Shown: positions 42,216 through 56,470, counted from the stretch's first letter. The stretch is 64,000 bases of DNA from Prorocentrum cordatum (GCA_963575745.1 CAUYUJ010000180.1:1-64000); one strand, 5' to 3'. Program-made: numbers and translations. Notes: generated by a model from the sequence alone, not told the origin.

Positions 42216-42870
42216 TACCAGTGCAAACCCAAGACTAATCAACGATGTTTGGATAGACCCTCCCTCCAAGCTCCCTCCTCGTAGGCCCCATACAAGGGTT
42301 CATTTCCACTGAGGGAAGTGCCCCGCTGGGAGACAACCGATTGAAGACCCTGAAGCGCGCTAAAACATTATTCTCAGGATTCCAACGCCACGTATCAACT
42401 CGACATTTGCTTCCTGACGATCCTGAATCGTGCCAGAGCACCATTCCTGGGACGTCATCACCGCGAATCAACGTAACTGTTGCGCCCTGACAACACTGAA
42501 TCATTCAAAAACACCATCTCTGGTACCTTAGCCATGGGAATCCGTGAAAATCTTGCGGATGTTTAAGACGCATGTGCGTGGCGCTAAGGCGAGACCCACA
42601 TTTTGAACACCGCCCTCTTTCAACCCGTGAATTTCTCGCAAGTTTTTAAGATGAGTGTGCGCGGTGCTAATGCTTGAGCCACATTTTGAAAAGGAGCCGC
42701 CCTCAATCCGTGGAACACAAGACGAGTGTGCGCGATGCTAAGGCGAGAACCACATTTTGCAAAGGAGCCGCCAACTTCAGGATCATACGTGCATGGTGAG
42801 GGAGTCTCAGGCGACACGCCCGGCCCGCTCTTCGACTGGCCTCGGGGTGCGGCAGGGAGGAGTTATTCAT
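42215..42870 (+). repeat. Dispersed repeat family A, copy 3
   Basis: Collinear with the reverse complement of 16175-16800. Confidence 0.85.
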
Positions 42871-42901
42871 GGCAGCAGAGAAGGAACAAAAGGGGCAGAT
42901 C

Positions 42902-43354
42902 GATGATGCTGATGATGATGATGATGATGATGATGATGGTGATGTTGATGATGATGATTCTTACGATGATGATGCTGATTCTGATGATGATGATGATGAC
43001 GAGGATGAGGATGCTGACGAGGGTGATGATGAGGATGATGATGACGATGACGATGACGATGACGATGGTGAAGGTGATGCTGATTCTGATGATGATGCAG
43101 CTGCTGATGAGGATGACGACGATGATGATGACGATGGTGATGCTGCTGCTGCTGCTGATGAAGATCATCAAGGAGCATAACATGATAATGAGGATGATTA
43201 TGATGAATACGATGAAGATGTTGGGGATGATGCTGTTGATGATGATGGTGATGATGATGAGGATACTGATGATGATGACGATGATGCTGACGATTCTGAT
43301 GACGATGATGACGGTAATGGATAATGATGCTGATGATGATGAGGATGCTGATGC

Positions 43355-43398
<44 letters not shown>

Positions 43399-43402
43399 CT
43401 GA

Positions 43403-43487
<85 letters not shown>

Positions 43488-43500
43488 CAGGAGGAGGAGC
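42902..43500. repeat. (GAT)n microsatellite
   Basis: Direct reading. Confidence 0.95.
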
Positions 43501-43989
43501 TGGAGAAGGGGAAGGAACACGAGGGGGAGAAGGAGAAGTAGACGGATGAGGAGGAGGAGACGATCTTTCTGGGATGATATGGCCATGTCATCATCCCTGT
43601 GCCATCCTCTCTTCCTTTTGCTCCTCCCCCTCCTTCTCCATTCCTTACACCAGGATCGTCACCGCCGCTTTCTTCGCTCGGAGTGAGGCTCGCCCCCGCA
43701 CACTTGACTCGTATGGCGCTCTCAAGCCCGTGTTTTTTCAGTGCGCGTGTCAACGTTTCGCCCCTGCTGGGGCACGTCAGACTCGAGTGAAAACGGCAGC
43801 GGCATGCGAACACAGCAACTGCACACGACACAATGCTGCGCACCAGTGCCGTGGCAATTATACGCATGCATGCAGCGTGCAACAGCTCCTCTGTATTGAA
43901 TGGCTGCTGCTTCTGCCGCCGCGTCTCCGTACACAGCGAGGGGTGGACACATCCTGCCCCCACCTTCCACTGGCACGAACGGGCGAACA

Positions 43990-44350
43990 TAGAAATAACA
44001 ACCTCGTCGGCCTGCGGGCTGGCTGGCCGAGCTCATGCCGCCGTCGCTGCTCTACCTGTCCGACATTGTCGAGCTTGCGGGATATCCATGACTCACTGAG
44101 CTCCCAGCTCCTTTCAACGGCTTGTCCACCTGGTGGCAAGCCCACTAGGGCAGGCGCTACTGTTTTGTCTCGCCTTCGGCGAGGCCTTCCGCCAACGAGT
44201 GGCACGTCAGGTCCTTTAGCAGTGATGACAGCTTGCAGTTGCATGGACTGCAGTGGTGTGGTGCGGGAAGCGCCCTGGCCAGACCAGGTCTCCGCCGATT
44301 GCCCAACCAGCCAGCCAATCCTGCTGACCGACCTCGGGGACATGTGGGGG
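43990..44350 (-). mobile_element. Possible degraded LINE ORF2 C-terminal fragment
   Basis: SVSRIGW...APALVGLPPGG.. resembles the same post-RT region as 30880-31400; the resemblance is weak. Confidence 0.27.
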
Positions 44351-45121
44351 AGGGGGGAACAGAACGAGATGAGCAGCTAGAGCTATAGTTCCTAGGTTGA
44401 ACAGGGGATGGATACCCCCCTTGGGCTGGGCATGGCCTTCTCGTACATTCGCACACGTTCACACATTTTTTTACGCATGGTATTGTGTGCGGGTGCCCTT
44501 TTCCGTCCGTCAGGCAGCCATGCCAGCTCTGCTCTTGCGCATTGTGCCGCTTATATGCGGGCGTCACAATCTCGCCCTGAGGTGAACGACTGTTGGCGTG
44601 CGGTTCGTTTTGTACCCAGCTCAGCAGCACAGACTCCAGAAGCATAGCACTCTGTGATTTGCCACGCTTGGCCTAAAGCCTTCGGTCGATGCTAGATCTC
44701 GCGGTGGGCTGCATGCCTGCCGACTCGAGAGCCGCGCCCCCTGCTCGTCGCCTCTCCGCCTCCCTCCTCCTCGTCATCCTTCGCCTTCGACTTCGCCGTC
44801 CGCCTCCTTCGCCTCCCCCACTCGGCCTCCCCCTCCCCCTCCTCATCTGGCTCCTCCTCCCCCTTGCGGTCTTCTTCCTCGCCCACCTTCCCGCTGTGCC
44901 TCTCCCCGCCTCCCTCCGCCCTCCCCCCTTCCGCCGCCCCCCTCTCCGCCTCCCTCCCCCCCCTGCCTCTCCGCCTCTCCTCCCTCCCTCCTCGCCCTCG
45001 CCCTCTCCCCGCCCCCTGCCCATCGCGGAGGGGACTCGCGGACTCACGACCGCGGAGAAGGCCGCCCGGGAGGACATCCATTCGAAGTACGCCGCGGTCT
45101 TTGGCGACAAGGCCGCCAGGG

Positions 45122-45671
45122 CGAGGAGGAGGAGGCGGAGGAGGAGGGAGAGGAGGAGGAGGAGGAGGAGGAGGAGGAGGAGGAGGAGGAGGAGGGAGGA
45201 GGAGGAGGAGGAGGAGGAGGAGGAGGAGGAGGAGGAGGAGGAGGAGGAGGAGGAGGAGGAGGAGGAGGAGGAGGAGGAGGAGGAGGAGGAGGAGGAGGAG
45301 GAGGAGGAGGAGAGGAGGAGGAGGAGGAGGAGGAGGAGGAGGAGGAGGAGGAGGAGGAGGAGGAGGAGGGAGGAGGAGGAGGAGGAGGAGGGAGGAGGAG
45401 GGGAGGAGGAGGGGGAGGAGGGGAGGAGGAGGAGGAGGAGGAGGAGAAGGAGGAGGAGGAGGAGGAGGGGGAGGGGGAGGAGGAGGAGGAGGAGGAGGAG
45501 AAGGAGGAGGAGGAGGAGGACCTTATTCCCCTCCCCCTCCCCATCCCCCCTCTCGTCGTCACCGCCGCCATCGCCGCCGGATGTATGGGGTCCTCCTCCT
45601 CCTCCTCCTCCTGCTCCTTCTCCTCCCCCTCTTCCTCCTCCTCCTCCTCTTTCCCCTCCTCCTCCTCCTCC

Positions 45672-45703
<32 letters not shown>

Positions 45704-45799
45704 TTCCTCCTCCTCATTATCATCATCATCGCCATCACCATCAACATCATAATCACCATCATCAACATCATGATAGTAATCGTCGTCGTCATCCTCCTC

Positions 45800-45838
<39 letters not shown>

Positions 45839-45860
45839 CTCATCACCACCATCATCACCA
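45122..45860. repeat. (GGA)n followed by (CCT)n/(CAT)n/(GTC)n
   Basis: Direct reading. Confidence 0.95.
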
Positions 45861-46289
45861 TCACCGCGCTGCCGCTGTCACGGGCTCGGCTCGGCTCGGC
45901 TCGGCGGTGCGACGCCGCTCTGCTCCGCGCGCGCTCGGGTGCCTCCGTCCGCGCACAGGTCCCCGCCGTCGCCCCTGGCGGCGCCACCGCTACGCCATCG
46001 GCGACCTCGGCCGCGGCGGGCACTTCGGACGCCGCGCTGGCGCGGCTGGAGGCGCCCCCTCGGGCGGGCTCGCCGCCGCCGCCCGCGGCGGCGACGTCGG
46101 CGGCGGCGTCCACGGCAGCGACGGCGGCGGCCCGCGGGCCGCCCCCCTCCTCGAGGGTCGAGAGGACTGAGGCGCCTGGGCGCGTCTTTGGCCGTTCCTC
46201 CACGGGCCTCTGGGGACCTCCCTGCGGGGACCTCCGTGGACATCGGACGGGCACCAGGCGGGCCAGAGGGGTAGATTCGGTCGGGAGCG

Positions 46290-46510
46290 TTTGCTGAGCT
46301 GTGTTGCGCCGCCAGTTCTGGCCCAGCACGCGTCGGCGCGACGCGCCAACCACTCCCCAGTCCTCAGACATCAGCTTCTCGAGCTTTCCCCAAGGCCTCT
46401 CCCGAGGCCCCCGCCCCGCGGAGCGGAGCGACACGCTATCCGCCTGCAGGGCACAGCGTGTCGCCAGGGCCGCCGCCGCGACGCGCGGAACAAATTATCC
46501 TGACGGTAGC
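46290..46510 (+). repeat. Dispersed repeat family C, copy 2
   Basis: See 27015-27225. Confidence 0.75.
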
Positions 46511-47379
46511 CCAGCGGGCTGAGCTCGGCATCGCCCCGACATGCTAACACTATGTGTGCGTCGCCCCCCCCCCCCCCCCAGGGGCGACGCGCGCGCGCGG
46601 AGAAATCTCATAGTGTAAGCTCCATGGGCGCCTTCCGGCCATACCGTTCGGGAAACGATCCATTACAAGATGGTTGTGCTATATGTTCGGGTCGGACGCA
46701 CGCCTCCGAGGAGGGCACGGAGTGCTTAGTATGTCCCCGTGTGTCCCGTGAGCATCTCTCGAGCGGATTCGCTCGGGAGCCTGGTCGCACACGTGCGGGA
46801 GAGCGGCGCCCCTGGGTGCGGCGGCGCCCCCCAGGGGGGCCGTGCGAGAGGGTCGGCGGCCATCCGAGGAGGCGGAGGGGCTGCTCCGAAGGCAGGGGCC
46901 CTCCCGGAAGGGCCCGCCGGCTTCCAGGACGGCCTCCCAGAGGCCGCCACGCCTCTCGGAGAGGCCGCCCGCCTCCTGAGAGGCCCCCCCTCCGCATCCT
47001 CAGAGAAGGCCGCCGCCCCCCCCCCCGCCTCTCGCACCGCCCTTTTGGGGGGCCTATTGGAGGCCGTTGGAGGCTTTCCGGACGCCTCTTGGACACCGTC
47101 TTGGGGCCGTGGTTGGCGTCTTGGAGCGATCCCGTCTGCGACGCGGAGCACTTCTGGATCATTTCGAGGGTGTCCTGGGGCTCATCTGGCCTGTCTTGGG
47201 GCCCTCATCACGCGTGCTTCCCGCTCCCTTGGCCAGCCACCCCTGCTGCAGCTCCCGCGCCGGGCCGCCCCGCGAGGCTCGCTGGCCGGGCTTGCTGGGC
47301 GTCCGGTGCCTCTTTCGGGCCCCCGGAGGCCTCTGGGCTGGAGGCCTCCCAGGATCTCAGGGAATCTCCGTGCGTCGCT

Positions 47380-47414
47380 CGTCGTCGTCGTCGTTGTCGT
47401 CTTCGTCGTCCTCT

Positions 47415-47445
<31 letters not shown>

Positions 47446-47470
47446 TATCGTCATCGTTATCGTCGTCATG

Positions 47471-47508
<38 letters not shown>

Positions 47509-47522
47509 TGTCATCATCTTTA

Positions 47523-47561
<39 letters not shown>

Positions 47562-47700
47562 ACGCGGCGGTCGCCGCCGGTATCGTTGTGGACGAAGTGC
47601 TCGTTGGGGTGATCGTTGTCCTTTTCGTGGTTATTGTCTTCATCGTTGTTGTGGGCGTCTTCGTCTGATTATCGTCGTCGTTTTCGACGTCGTCGTACTG
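47380..47700. repeat. (GTC)n microsatellite
   Basis: Direct reading. Confidence 0.92.
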
Positions 47701-48148
47701 TAATTATCGAACTCGTCTGAGCACGTCCTATCTTTTGGCGTATCTGTGTATTTCTTTTGGCTCTTAGAGCTCCTCCTTGTCGTACCTACGGTGCTGTATC
47801 TGCTGAAATGGACCTCAGCATTCATGTGCCTGCTGCTGGGGCAGCTGCTAGCCGCTGGAGGGCTTGCAGTCCAGGAGCCTGGTCTCGTGATCCCAGGGCT
47901 TTCACACATTGGTTCCCCCCTGCAGAATATTTAGAATTATAAAAAAGTAGCCAAACCGCATGTGCATCAGCTGCTGGAGCCCCGTGCGGATCTCTTGCAT
48001 CGGCGCTGGAGCCCCCTCCGGTGGCGCGCTCCGGGCGCCACAGGGGGCGGCGCCGCGCGCCAGCGCGGAGGGCCCGGCGCCGCCGACCCAGGGAGCCTGC
48101 GCGGAGCTCCGGCAACCCGGGTTTGCGCGGCTGTCCACGTATCGACTA

Positions 48149-48319
48149 GACGTAAGAGTGACCTTTCGCCGGAGTGACCTTTGGTGCGCGCACAGATGGC
48201 CCCCAGATGGCTGAAAACGAAGCAGGAGCAACGGCTTGCGTGCCCAGGTTTGGTCCCCACGCGGCCCCCCAAAAAGCCGCGCACCAAAGGTCACTCTTAC
48301 CCAGGGTCACTCTTGCGTG
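48149..48319. mobile_element. 171-bp MITE with ~42-bp TIRs and TA flanks (Tc1/mariner-type TSD)
   Basis: cgtaagagtgacctttcgccggagtgacctttggtgcgcg versus cgcgcaccaaaggtcactcttacccagggtcactcttgcg. TA at 48147-48148 and 48320-48321. Confidence 0.8.
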
Positions 48320-48559
48320 TAGCCGAACGCATGCGAGCTGCCGGGATGAGAAGGCAACGCCCTCTTGATTCTCATCTCGCGCTGGCCCAGCGCGCGCGCG
48401 CGACGGCCCGAGCTGGAGAGCGGGGGCACGGCGCAGGGCGCGCCCCGAGGCCCGGCGACACGGGCCAGCGCCGTGCGCTGCACGCGGCCCGCAGAGCCGC
48501 CGAGCGGGTCGCCTCGTCTCTTCGTCTTCCGGCGGGCCGGGCCCCGTGAGCAACACTCA

Positions 48560-48710
48560 AGACGGGACAAAAACACACAGACACAATTAATCGTCGATTC
48601 CCCAGAAAATATGGGAAAATATGGGAAGTGGGGGGGAAGACTAAACCCCAGAAAATATGGGAAAATATGGGGAATCCTTTTATTTGTGTGTATTTATTTG
48701 TGTGTTCCAG
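48560..48710 (+). repeat. Dispersed repeat (aaatatggga motif), related to 13860-13985
   Basis: Shared ..cgtcga(c/t)tccc..aaatatggga..aatatggggaat..tttg(c/t)gtgtat. Confidence 0.7.
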
Positions 48711-49934
48711 TGCCCCTTCAAACACGCGCCCTGTCGAACGCACGGCTCGGGCGTGGTCGTGGCTGGACTGGCGGCAGAGGCGAGTCCCGCGGGGGAGATC
48801 CGGCCTTCGACTGCCTCAGACCTTCGACTTCGACCTTCGACCGGTGCGGTTCTCGACTGCTTCAGACCTTCGACCTCGACCTTCGACCCCGACTGCTTCA
48901 GCAAGGGCGCCCTCGAGGGCGCGAAGTCATTCGCGCTTAGCGCTTCGCGATTCGGCTCCGATTCCTCATCATCTTCCTCCTCTCCCCACGGGGGGGCGCA
49001 CTGTCTGATGTCGTGATGGGTGATGCCTTGTCTTCATGTTGTAGATTCTCTCTCTCTCTCTCTCTCTTGTTAGATGCTCCTCTCCCGTGCAACTCAGGAG
49101 AGGTTTGGAGCTTGCTAGCCGCCGGTGTCTCTGGCCTTGCCGACCGTGGCCCTCGTGGTCTTCGGCCCCCCTGTTTCTCGGTCGGTCCTCTTGGTCGGCT
49201 CCGCCTCTGGGTCCTGGGCCCGTCCCTCGCTCCTCTCGGCCTCTCGGGCCCCCGCCGCTCGTCGGCTCTGCGGGGAGCTGAGGCTCGTCGCCAGCCCGCG
49301 CCCAAGTAAAGGTTGTGGCAAGCAGGCCCACCGCCCGGCCGCGACCCGCGTGCGGGCCGCTGGCTCCGACCGTGCTCTGGGCCCTGGGCCCTCGCCCCCT
49401 CGACCGCCGCAGAGGCTTGGGAAAGGGCATTTGGGAACTTTAGGAGGACAGTGTCGTTTTCAATTTCTAGGTTTGCTCTTCAACTTGCGCCCTTCGGGAC
49501 CGAAAGGAGGAGGTGGAGTGGAGGAAAGGAGGAGGAGGAGGAAGAGGAGGAGGCGGAGGAGGAGGAGGAGGAGGAGGGCCTCCAGGTCCCCCCCCCGCGC
49601 TCCCTCGGGACGTCTCTCGAGGCCTCGTCGCCTCCCGCCGCGAGGGCCCTCTGCGCTGCGGGCCACGGGGGTGCCGGGAGCGCCCAGGGCTCCGCGCACC
49701 CCACCCTGGCACCCCAGTCAGGGCCCGCCCACCCCGACCGAACCCGGAAGGAGAGAAGGGCGGAGAGAGAGAGGGAGAGAGGGAGAACGAGTGAGAGGGA
49801 GAGAGAGAGCACGATGTGGGTCGGATGACGAGGGAAGGATACATGGGGCGGGATGGGGGGGGGTGCAGGGGGAGGAATATGACCAGACGGGGCGTGTGCA
49901 GAGGGAGTGGTGATACTTACGAGCGACATAAGGG

Positions 49935-49985
49935 TGACGAGGACGAGGAGGAGGAGGAGGAGGAGGAGGAGGAGGAGGAGGAAGA

Positions 49986-50055
<70 letters not shown>

Positions 50056-50279
50056 GAGAGAGGAGGAGGAGGAGGAGGAGGAGGAGGAGGAGGAGGAGGA
50101 GGAGAGGAGGAGGAGGAGGAGGAGATGGAGGAGGAGGAGGAGGAGGAGATGGAGGGGGGAGGGGGAGGGGGAGGGAGAGGAGGAGGAGGAGGAGGAGGAG
50201 GAGGAGGGGAGGAGGAGGAGGAGGAGAGGAGGAAGAGGCGGAGGAGGAGGAGGAGGCGGAGGCGGATGATGATGATGAT

Positions 50280-50338
<59 letters not shown>

Positions 50339-50339
50339 C

Positions 50340-50384
<45 letters not shown>

Positions 50385-51420
50385 GGTGATGATGATGATG
50401 ATGATGAAGAGGCGGAGGAGGAGGAGAGGGAGGAGGAGTAGGAGGAGGAGGAGGAGGACGAGGAGGAGAGGGAGGAGGAGTAGGAGGAGGATGAGGATGA
50501 TGAGGAGGAGGAGGAGCAGCAAAAGGGGGAGGAGGAGGACGAGGACGAGCTGGAAGACGAGGTAGATCAGGAGAGGAGGATATCAGGAGGATGAGGAGGA
50601 TGACGATGAGGAGAAACGATGGTGATGGTGATGCTGCTGATGATGATGCTGATGATACTGATGCTGACGATGATGCTGATAATGATGATGCTGATACTCA
50701 TGATGTTGTTACTGATGATGCTGATGATGGTGCTGCTGCCGATGACGATGCTGTTGATGCTGATGAGGATTAGGATGATCCTGCTGGTGATGATGCTGAA
50801 GATGCTGCTGCTGATGATTTTGATGCTGATGCTGCTGATGATGAGTATGATGTCGATGATGCCAATGCTGGTGCTGCTGCTGATGATGATGTAGATGTTG
50901 ACGATGATGCTGATGATGATGGCGATTCTCATGATGATAATGATGATGAGGAGGAGGGGGAGGATGAAGGGGGAGGAGGAGGAGGAGGACGAGGAGGAGC
51001 AATGATGATGCTCAGGATGATGATGCTGACGATAATGATGATGCTGATGATGGTTGGTGATAGTGCTGCTGATAACGATGATGATGATGGCAGTGATTAT
51101 GACAATGATGATGCTGATGATGATGATGCTGATTACGATGATGATGAGAACGATTATGCTGATTCTGATTCTAAGGATGATGCTGGTGATGCTGTTGTTG
51201 CTGTTGTTGTCGTTGTTGTTGTCGTCGAAGAGGATTGCGATGGTGTAGATTCAGATAACGATCATGATGATGCTGCTGCGGATGATGATGATTCTGCTGA
51301 AGAGGATAATCGTTCTGTCGTTGCTGTTGTAGAGTTTATTGTTGGTTTTGCTGTTGCTTCTGCTGCTGCTGCTGTTGTTGTTGTTGATGTTGTTATTGTT
51401 ATTATTGTTGTTATTGATAT
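49935..51420. repeat. Compound GGA/GAT/GTT microsatellite field
   Basis: Direct reading. Confidence 0.95.
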
Positions 51421-51427
51421 CATTGAC

Positions 51428-51850
51428 GAATTCTCATTTCTGAAGAATAGTTGTGGCTGATCCCCTCTCCCCGGTAACCATTGTATGTTTCAACTAAAGT
51501 GTTTCTTCCGGGGCTCGCACCCTGTTTTGTACAAGGGAAGGTGAGGTGTCACCAAGTTGGATTGTTGGCCTCCCAGTTCACAACAACAACAACAACGGCT
51601 TCCGCCTGATGCTTCCTCACAAATTATTCCCACATCTCGCTCTCGCGCGGGGCAATGTATACAGGAATCGCGCTCTAGCTTGGGACGTCTTCGCAATTTA
51701 TGGAAACGCCGCGCCCTCGACACTCAGGAACCACGCTCTCGCTGTGGATTTCCTCGCGATTCATTTGGGAAACGCGCTATCGTTCGAGACGTCCTCGCGA
51801 TTCATGCAGGACGCACGCTTCAGCAACCCGCCTGCTCGACCTGGCCGCCT
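51428..51850. repeat. Dispersed repeat family B, copy 3
   Basis: cgattcatgcaggacgcacgcttcagcaaccc is identical to ~13088-13118. Confidence 0.85.
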
Positions 51851-51954
51851 GGGTCGGCCTTCCCAGCCCGCCCATTAGTGTCTACCCGCCCGATGTGCCC
51901 GTCTGGTTTAGCCACGTGTTTTCTTCTGATGATGGGGATGAGGAAATGAATGTG

Positions 51955-52044
51955 GATGGATGGATGATGGTGATGGTGATGGTGATGGTAATGGTGATGG
52001 TGATTGTGATGGCGATGGTGATGGTGGTGATGATGATGCTGATC

Positions 52045-52084
<40 letters not shown>

Positions 52085-52330
52085 TGGCGGTGGTGGCGGT
52101 AGTGGTGGTGGTGAGGAGGAGGAGGAGAGGGAGGATGAGGAGGAGGAGGAGGAGGAGGAGGAGGAGGAGGAGGGAGGAAGAGGGGGAGGGGGAGGGGGAG
52201 AGGGAGGAGGAGGTGAAGGAGGCGAAGGAGGAGGAGGAGGAGGAGGAGGAGGAGGAGGAGGAGGAGGAGGCGGAGGAGTTGGCTAAGGAGGAGGAGGAGG
52301 AGGAGGAGGAGGAGGAGGAGGAGGAGGAGG
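51955..52330. repeat. GATGGT/GAC/GGA microsatellite
   Basis: Direct reading. Confidence 0.92.
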
Positions 52331-53272
52331 GAGTGGAAGAGAGCAAGATCGAGGGGAGTGGGGGGGAGATGAGAAGGAGAAGGGGCGGAAGGAGGAGCGG
52401 GGGCGCCCCGACTGCAGGCCTTCTACGCCGAAGTGATCAGCACCAATTGGGCCGACTACCTGACGCTGGCGGGGAGGGCGACGACGATGGTAGGGATGAC
52501 GAGGGCGGCAACGGCGAGGAAGGCAACGCGGAGGCTGACAACAACGAGGATGACAACGGCGAGCACAACGATGATCTCGACGAGAATGACGACGAGAAGG
52601 TCAATGAGGTCGTTGACGAGAGCGAGGACGAGAAGTCGGGCGAGAACGACGACGAGGATACGTAGAGGAGGATGCGGATGAGGATGAGGCGGACGGGTGT
52701 ATGATGGTGGTGGCGGGGGTGGAGGTGTTGGCGGCGTGGCTTCTTCAATGTGGCACGACAGAAGACGTAGACATCGTCGAATCGGCCCTCAACGTAGTCA
52801 ACAGGCGTGCCCTCGGGCACTCCACGGGGCCCAGGTATAGCCATCGCACTGCGGCTCTACGAAGCGCTGTTCTCTCTTGTCGTTTTCCCCCCCTCCTGTC
52901 TGGCTCCGCCGCTTTACGGTATAAGCACTTTCGAAGAGCAGGAGAGGGAGGAGGTCCTCTGGGAGGGTGGGGTGCGGCAGTAGGCTCCGAGGCAGTCTTC
53001 GTCCAGCAGCTCGCTCAAAAAGGGCATCGCAGCATTGCCCCAGCCACCCTTGCTTGCAGCGCCCACTCGGCAGCGTGCTGTGCTGCCTGCAGTAGCAGTG
53101 CATCTCTAGGCCCCTGTGGGCCACTTCTCGTATTCCCTTGCCGGTCGCTTTTCTTTCTCCAGGGCTTTTGTAGGGCCCTTCCTGATCGGGTATGTATGTC
53201 GCACGGTCCCTGTCTGTTTTCTTCGGGGCGCGTTCAGGTGCTACGGCGGCTTCGTTCGCCAACGCCTGAGCA

Positions 53273-53409
53273 ATGATGATGATGCTGCTGATGTTGATGG
53301 TGATACTGATGCTGACAATGATAATGATGACGATGATTCGGATGATGATGATGCTGATGATGATGATGATGCTGATGATGATGATGATGATGATGATGAT
53401 GAGGATGAC

Positions 53410-53500
<91 letters not shown>

Positions 53501-54271
53501 ATGAGGATGAGGATGAGGATGAGGATGAGGATGAGGATGCGGATGAGGATGAGGATGAGGAGGAGGAGCAGGAGGGCGATGGGAGAAATGCGGGTGACGT
53601 GACGTCGCAGACCTGCCCTTGTCACACGCCGACCTGAGGACGTTATGCGCTCCAGAGTGGAAGGGTTGCGAGCAGCGGGTGGTCCAAGAGACCTCAAGAT
53701 GTTCAGGAAGGGCCCATGCGAGGCAGGCCCAACAGAGGCCTCGAAGTGCCGAGCGTGCTGAGTTGCGCTGTATTGAGTTGCGTTGCGTTGCGTGGCTTTG
53801 CATTGCGCCACGCTGGTCGCACTACTACGCTGTTTGGGGTCCACGCTGGAAGCATTTTCGTTTAAGCATTCCGTGCCTTCGCATTTCTGTCCATGCAAGT
53901 CCAGCCCATCACATTTCATGTCATGCCACTTCACTTCGCCTCACCCCCGCCCACCCCATCTTATTCACCCTACCGCGCTCCGCTTTAATCCAATCCAGTC
54001 TGGCCCAGACAGCCAACCCGCTCAATGCTCACTCCACTCCACTATGTTCCACTTGGCTCCACTCCGTGCCGCTCCACTCCAGCCCACCCCTCGCCACTCC
54101 TCTCCACTCCGCTCGACTCCGCACCACTCCACTCCACTCCACTCCGCCCCCCCGAACACCAAGTTGTGCTGCAATTGATTTCTGGTGTCGCAGGAGAGAG
54201 GGTGGGAGTGGGCGGGGCCCGCTGGCTCGCCCGATCTAGCTAACCTGTCTCCAGTCCCACTGCTCATCATC

Positions 54272-54323
<52 letters not shown>

Positions 54324-54690
54324 CCATCACCATCGTCATCGTCGTCATCACCATCATCATCATCACCATCATCATCAGCATTCTCATCGCCATCGTCATC
54401 GCCATCGTCATCGTCATCGTCATCATCAGCATCAGTATCATCATCAGCATCAACGTCATCATCACCACCACCATCACCATCATCACTATTCTCATTATGC
54501 TTCCCAGTATCGTGACTATCATCATCACCATCATCATGGACATCATCTAATATCATTGGTATCAGTATCATAATCTGGACTACACCAACACCAGCAAGCA
54601 TCATTACCATCGTCACCACCATTGTCATCATCATCGAACATCGCCATGATACCATCAACTTCCACGCCAACACCATCATCACCATCATCA
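53273..54690. repeat. (GAT)n, pentamer repeats (gttgc, ctcca) and (CAT)n
   Basis: GAT 53273-53570, CTCCA 54030-54145, CAT 54264-54690. Confidence 0.88.
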
Positions 54691-54829
54691 CCACTATGCT
54701 AGCCAGCGTGTGCGCCACACCTTTTGTTCTAGCATACGATGTGGTGCAATGTATGTGGTGCACTCTGTGTGGTGCAATCCACCAATGCTCCACTTGAAGT
54801 TGTCTACTCCACTGCTCGCGCAAACATCC

Positions 54830-56470
54830 CACCCACCCACCCGCAAAATGGTTTGCAAACCCCGTGCGGAAGCGATTGCTATGAGTGCTTGGTGTTGGCT
54901 GGTGCATCTCTGCGGCCGCGCTAGTCCGCGCATGCTCGCGCGCGCAGCGGCCAGCTAGTTTGGTGCGACCGACGCGAGCGCGGTGGCGCTGACCGCTCGG
55001 CACATCCCAGCGGGCACTTCATTGCGAGTCGGCGACTTGGGCGGGCGTGGTATCATGGTAACGTCGACCACGGTAGACACGATGATGATAGTAGCGATGC
55101 TGGTGACGATGCTGACAGCGCCGACGGGGCAGCCACTGACGGCGCCGATGAAGATCACGCCGGCGACGGTGAAGGTTTTGGAAGGAGTTCGACATGCGCG
55201 CGCGGCAGACGCGAGAGTGGCCCGCATGGTGTTATTTGACACGGATCGTGCCACCCCAGCACGCGCGCAAAGGCGTTCGAACGATTTTGACATGCGCGCG
55301 CGACGCCCGTTTGGTAGCATGTTATGAAAAGGTTATGCCGGAATCTTTTAAAACCTTCGGTTTCACATAGCGTTCCAAATCGAGCGTCCCAAACACATAT
55401 TCAAGAACAGGGCTACGCAACCGCAGCACAGAAGCTCAAGAGAAAAAGCTTGCGCGCCTTTGCGGATTCTTAAGAGTACCATCATTGTTTCATCATGTTC
55501 AGAAAATGCTACCAAACGGGCTTCGCGCGCGCATGCCCAAATCGTTCGAACACCCTTGCGCGCGCGCTGTCGCGAGAATCCTTTGGCCCCAAAAAATGCA
55601 CGCACGCGCGTCGTCGCGCGCGCATGCCGCAATCCGTTAAACTCGACGGTTTCGCAACGATGTCAAATCCGAGGGCCCCGAAACCATGCGGCCGCTGCGC
55701 GCGCATGTCGAAACCCTTCCTAATTCACGGTGTTTCAAACAATTTCAACATCCCGCTTCAAGAGAACCATTTGAAGCATACGACTTTCTCACCCCAGCAA
55801 TTCTGAAAGATCTGCCCGCGCGCTCTTGCCGAATCGGATGGACGACCGGGCAAAATCGTATGCACACTGCAATACGAAAAGGTGAATGGATGATCCCGAG
55901 GGGGGGGGGCAGAGTCTATTTTACGAAAAGAGCTTCCAGGTGGCGCAATCCAGGTGGTGCAAGCCACCTCGCCGAAGTTGACGCTGTCAATTCCATTGCC
56001 CGCGCAATCATCCCACCCACCCACCCGCCCGCAAGTCGGTTTGCAAAACCAAAGCGGTGACGATTGCGATGGTCGCTAGGCGCTGGCTGGCGCATCGCTG
56101 CGGCCGCGCTACCGCGCGCAAGCTCGCGCGCACAGCGGCCAGCTAGTCTGGCGGGACCGACGCGGTCGCGGTGGCGCTGACAGCTGGGGGCTTCCCAGCA
56201 ATCCCGCAGGCTGCGCTGAGGAGCGGGTGCTTCAGTTCGAGAGAGTCGGTGACTCGGGCGGGCGCGGTATCATGGCGACGTCGAAAACGGCAAAGACGGT
56301 GATGATAGTAGCGACGCTGGTGACGATGACGTTGACGACGGCAGAGCCAGCGACGGCGCCGATGCCAGTCACGCCGCTGACGAAGATGGAGGACGCGTGT
56401 CGGTGATGGAGGGATTTCGACATGCGCGCGCGCGGCCGACGGGCGCGAGTGGCCCGCGTGATATTAGTTC
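54830..56470. repeat. Diverged direct duplication (54830-55250 versus 56010-56470) in a gcgcgcg-rich repeat family
   Basis: Shared cccacccacc..ggtttgcaaa..ctgcggccgcgcta..agcggccagctagt..accgacgcg. Positions 55217-55250 match the 808-bp unit (~59460-59490) in reverse. Confidence 0.8.

Noticed and set aside
42673..42688. tggctcaag on the minus strand as a spliced-leader relic
   Set aside because: It is a variant of the family A internal subrepeat, and the 5' half does not match.
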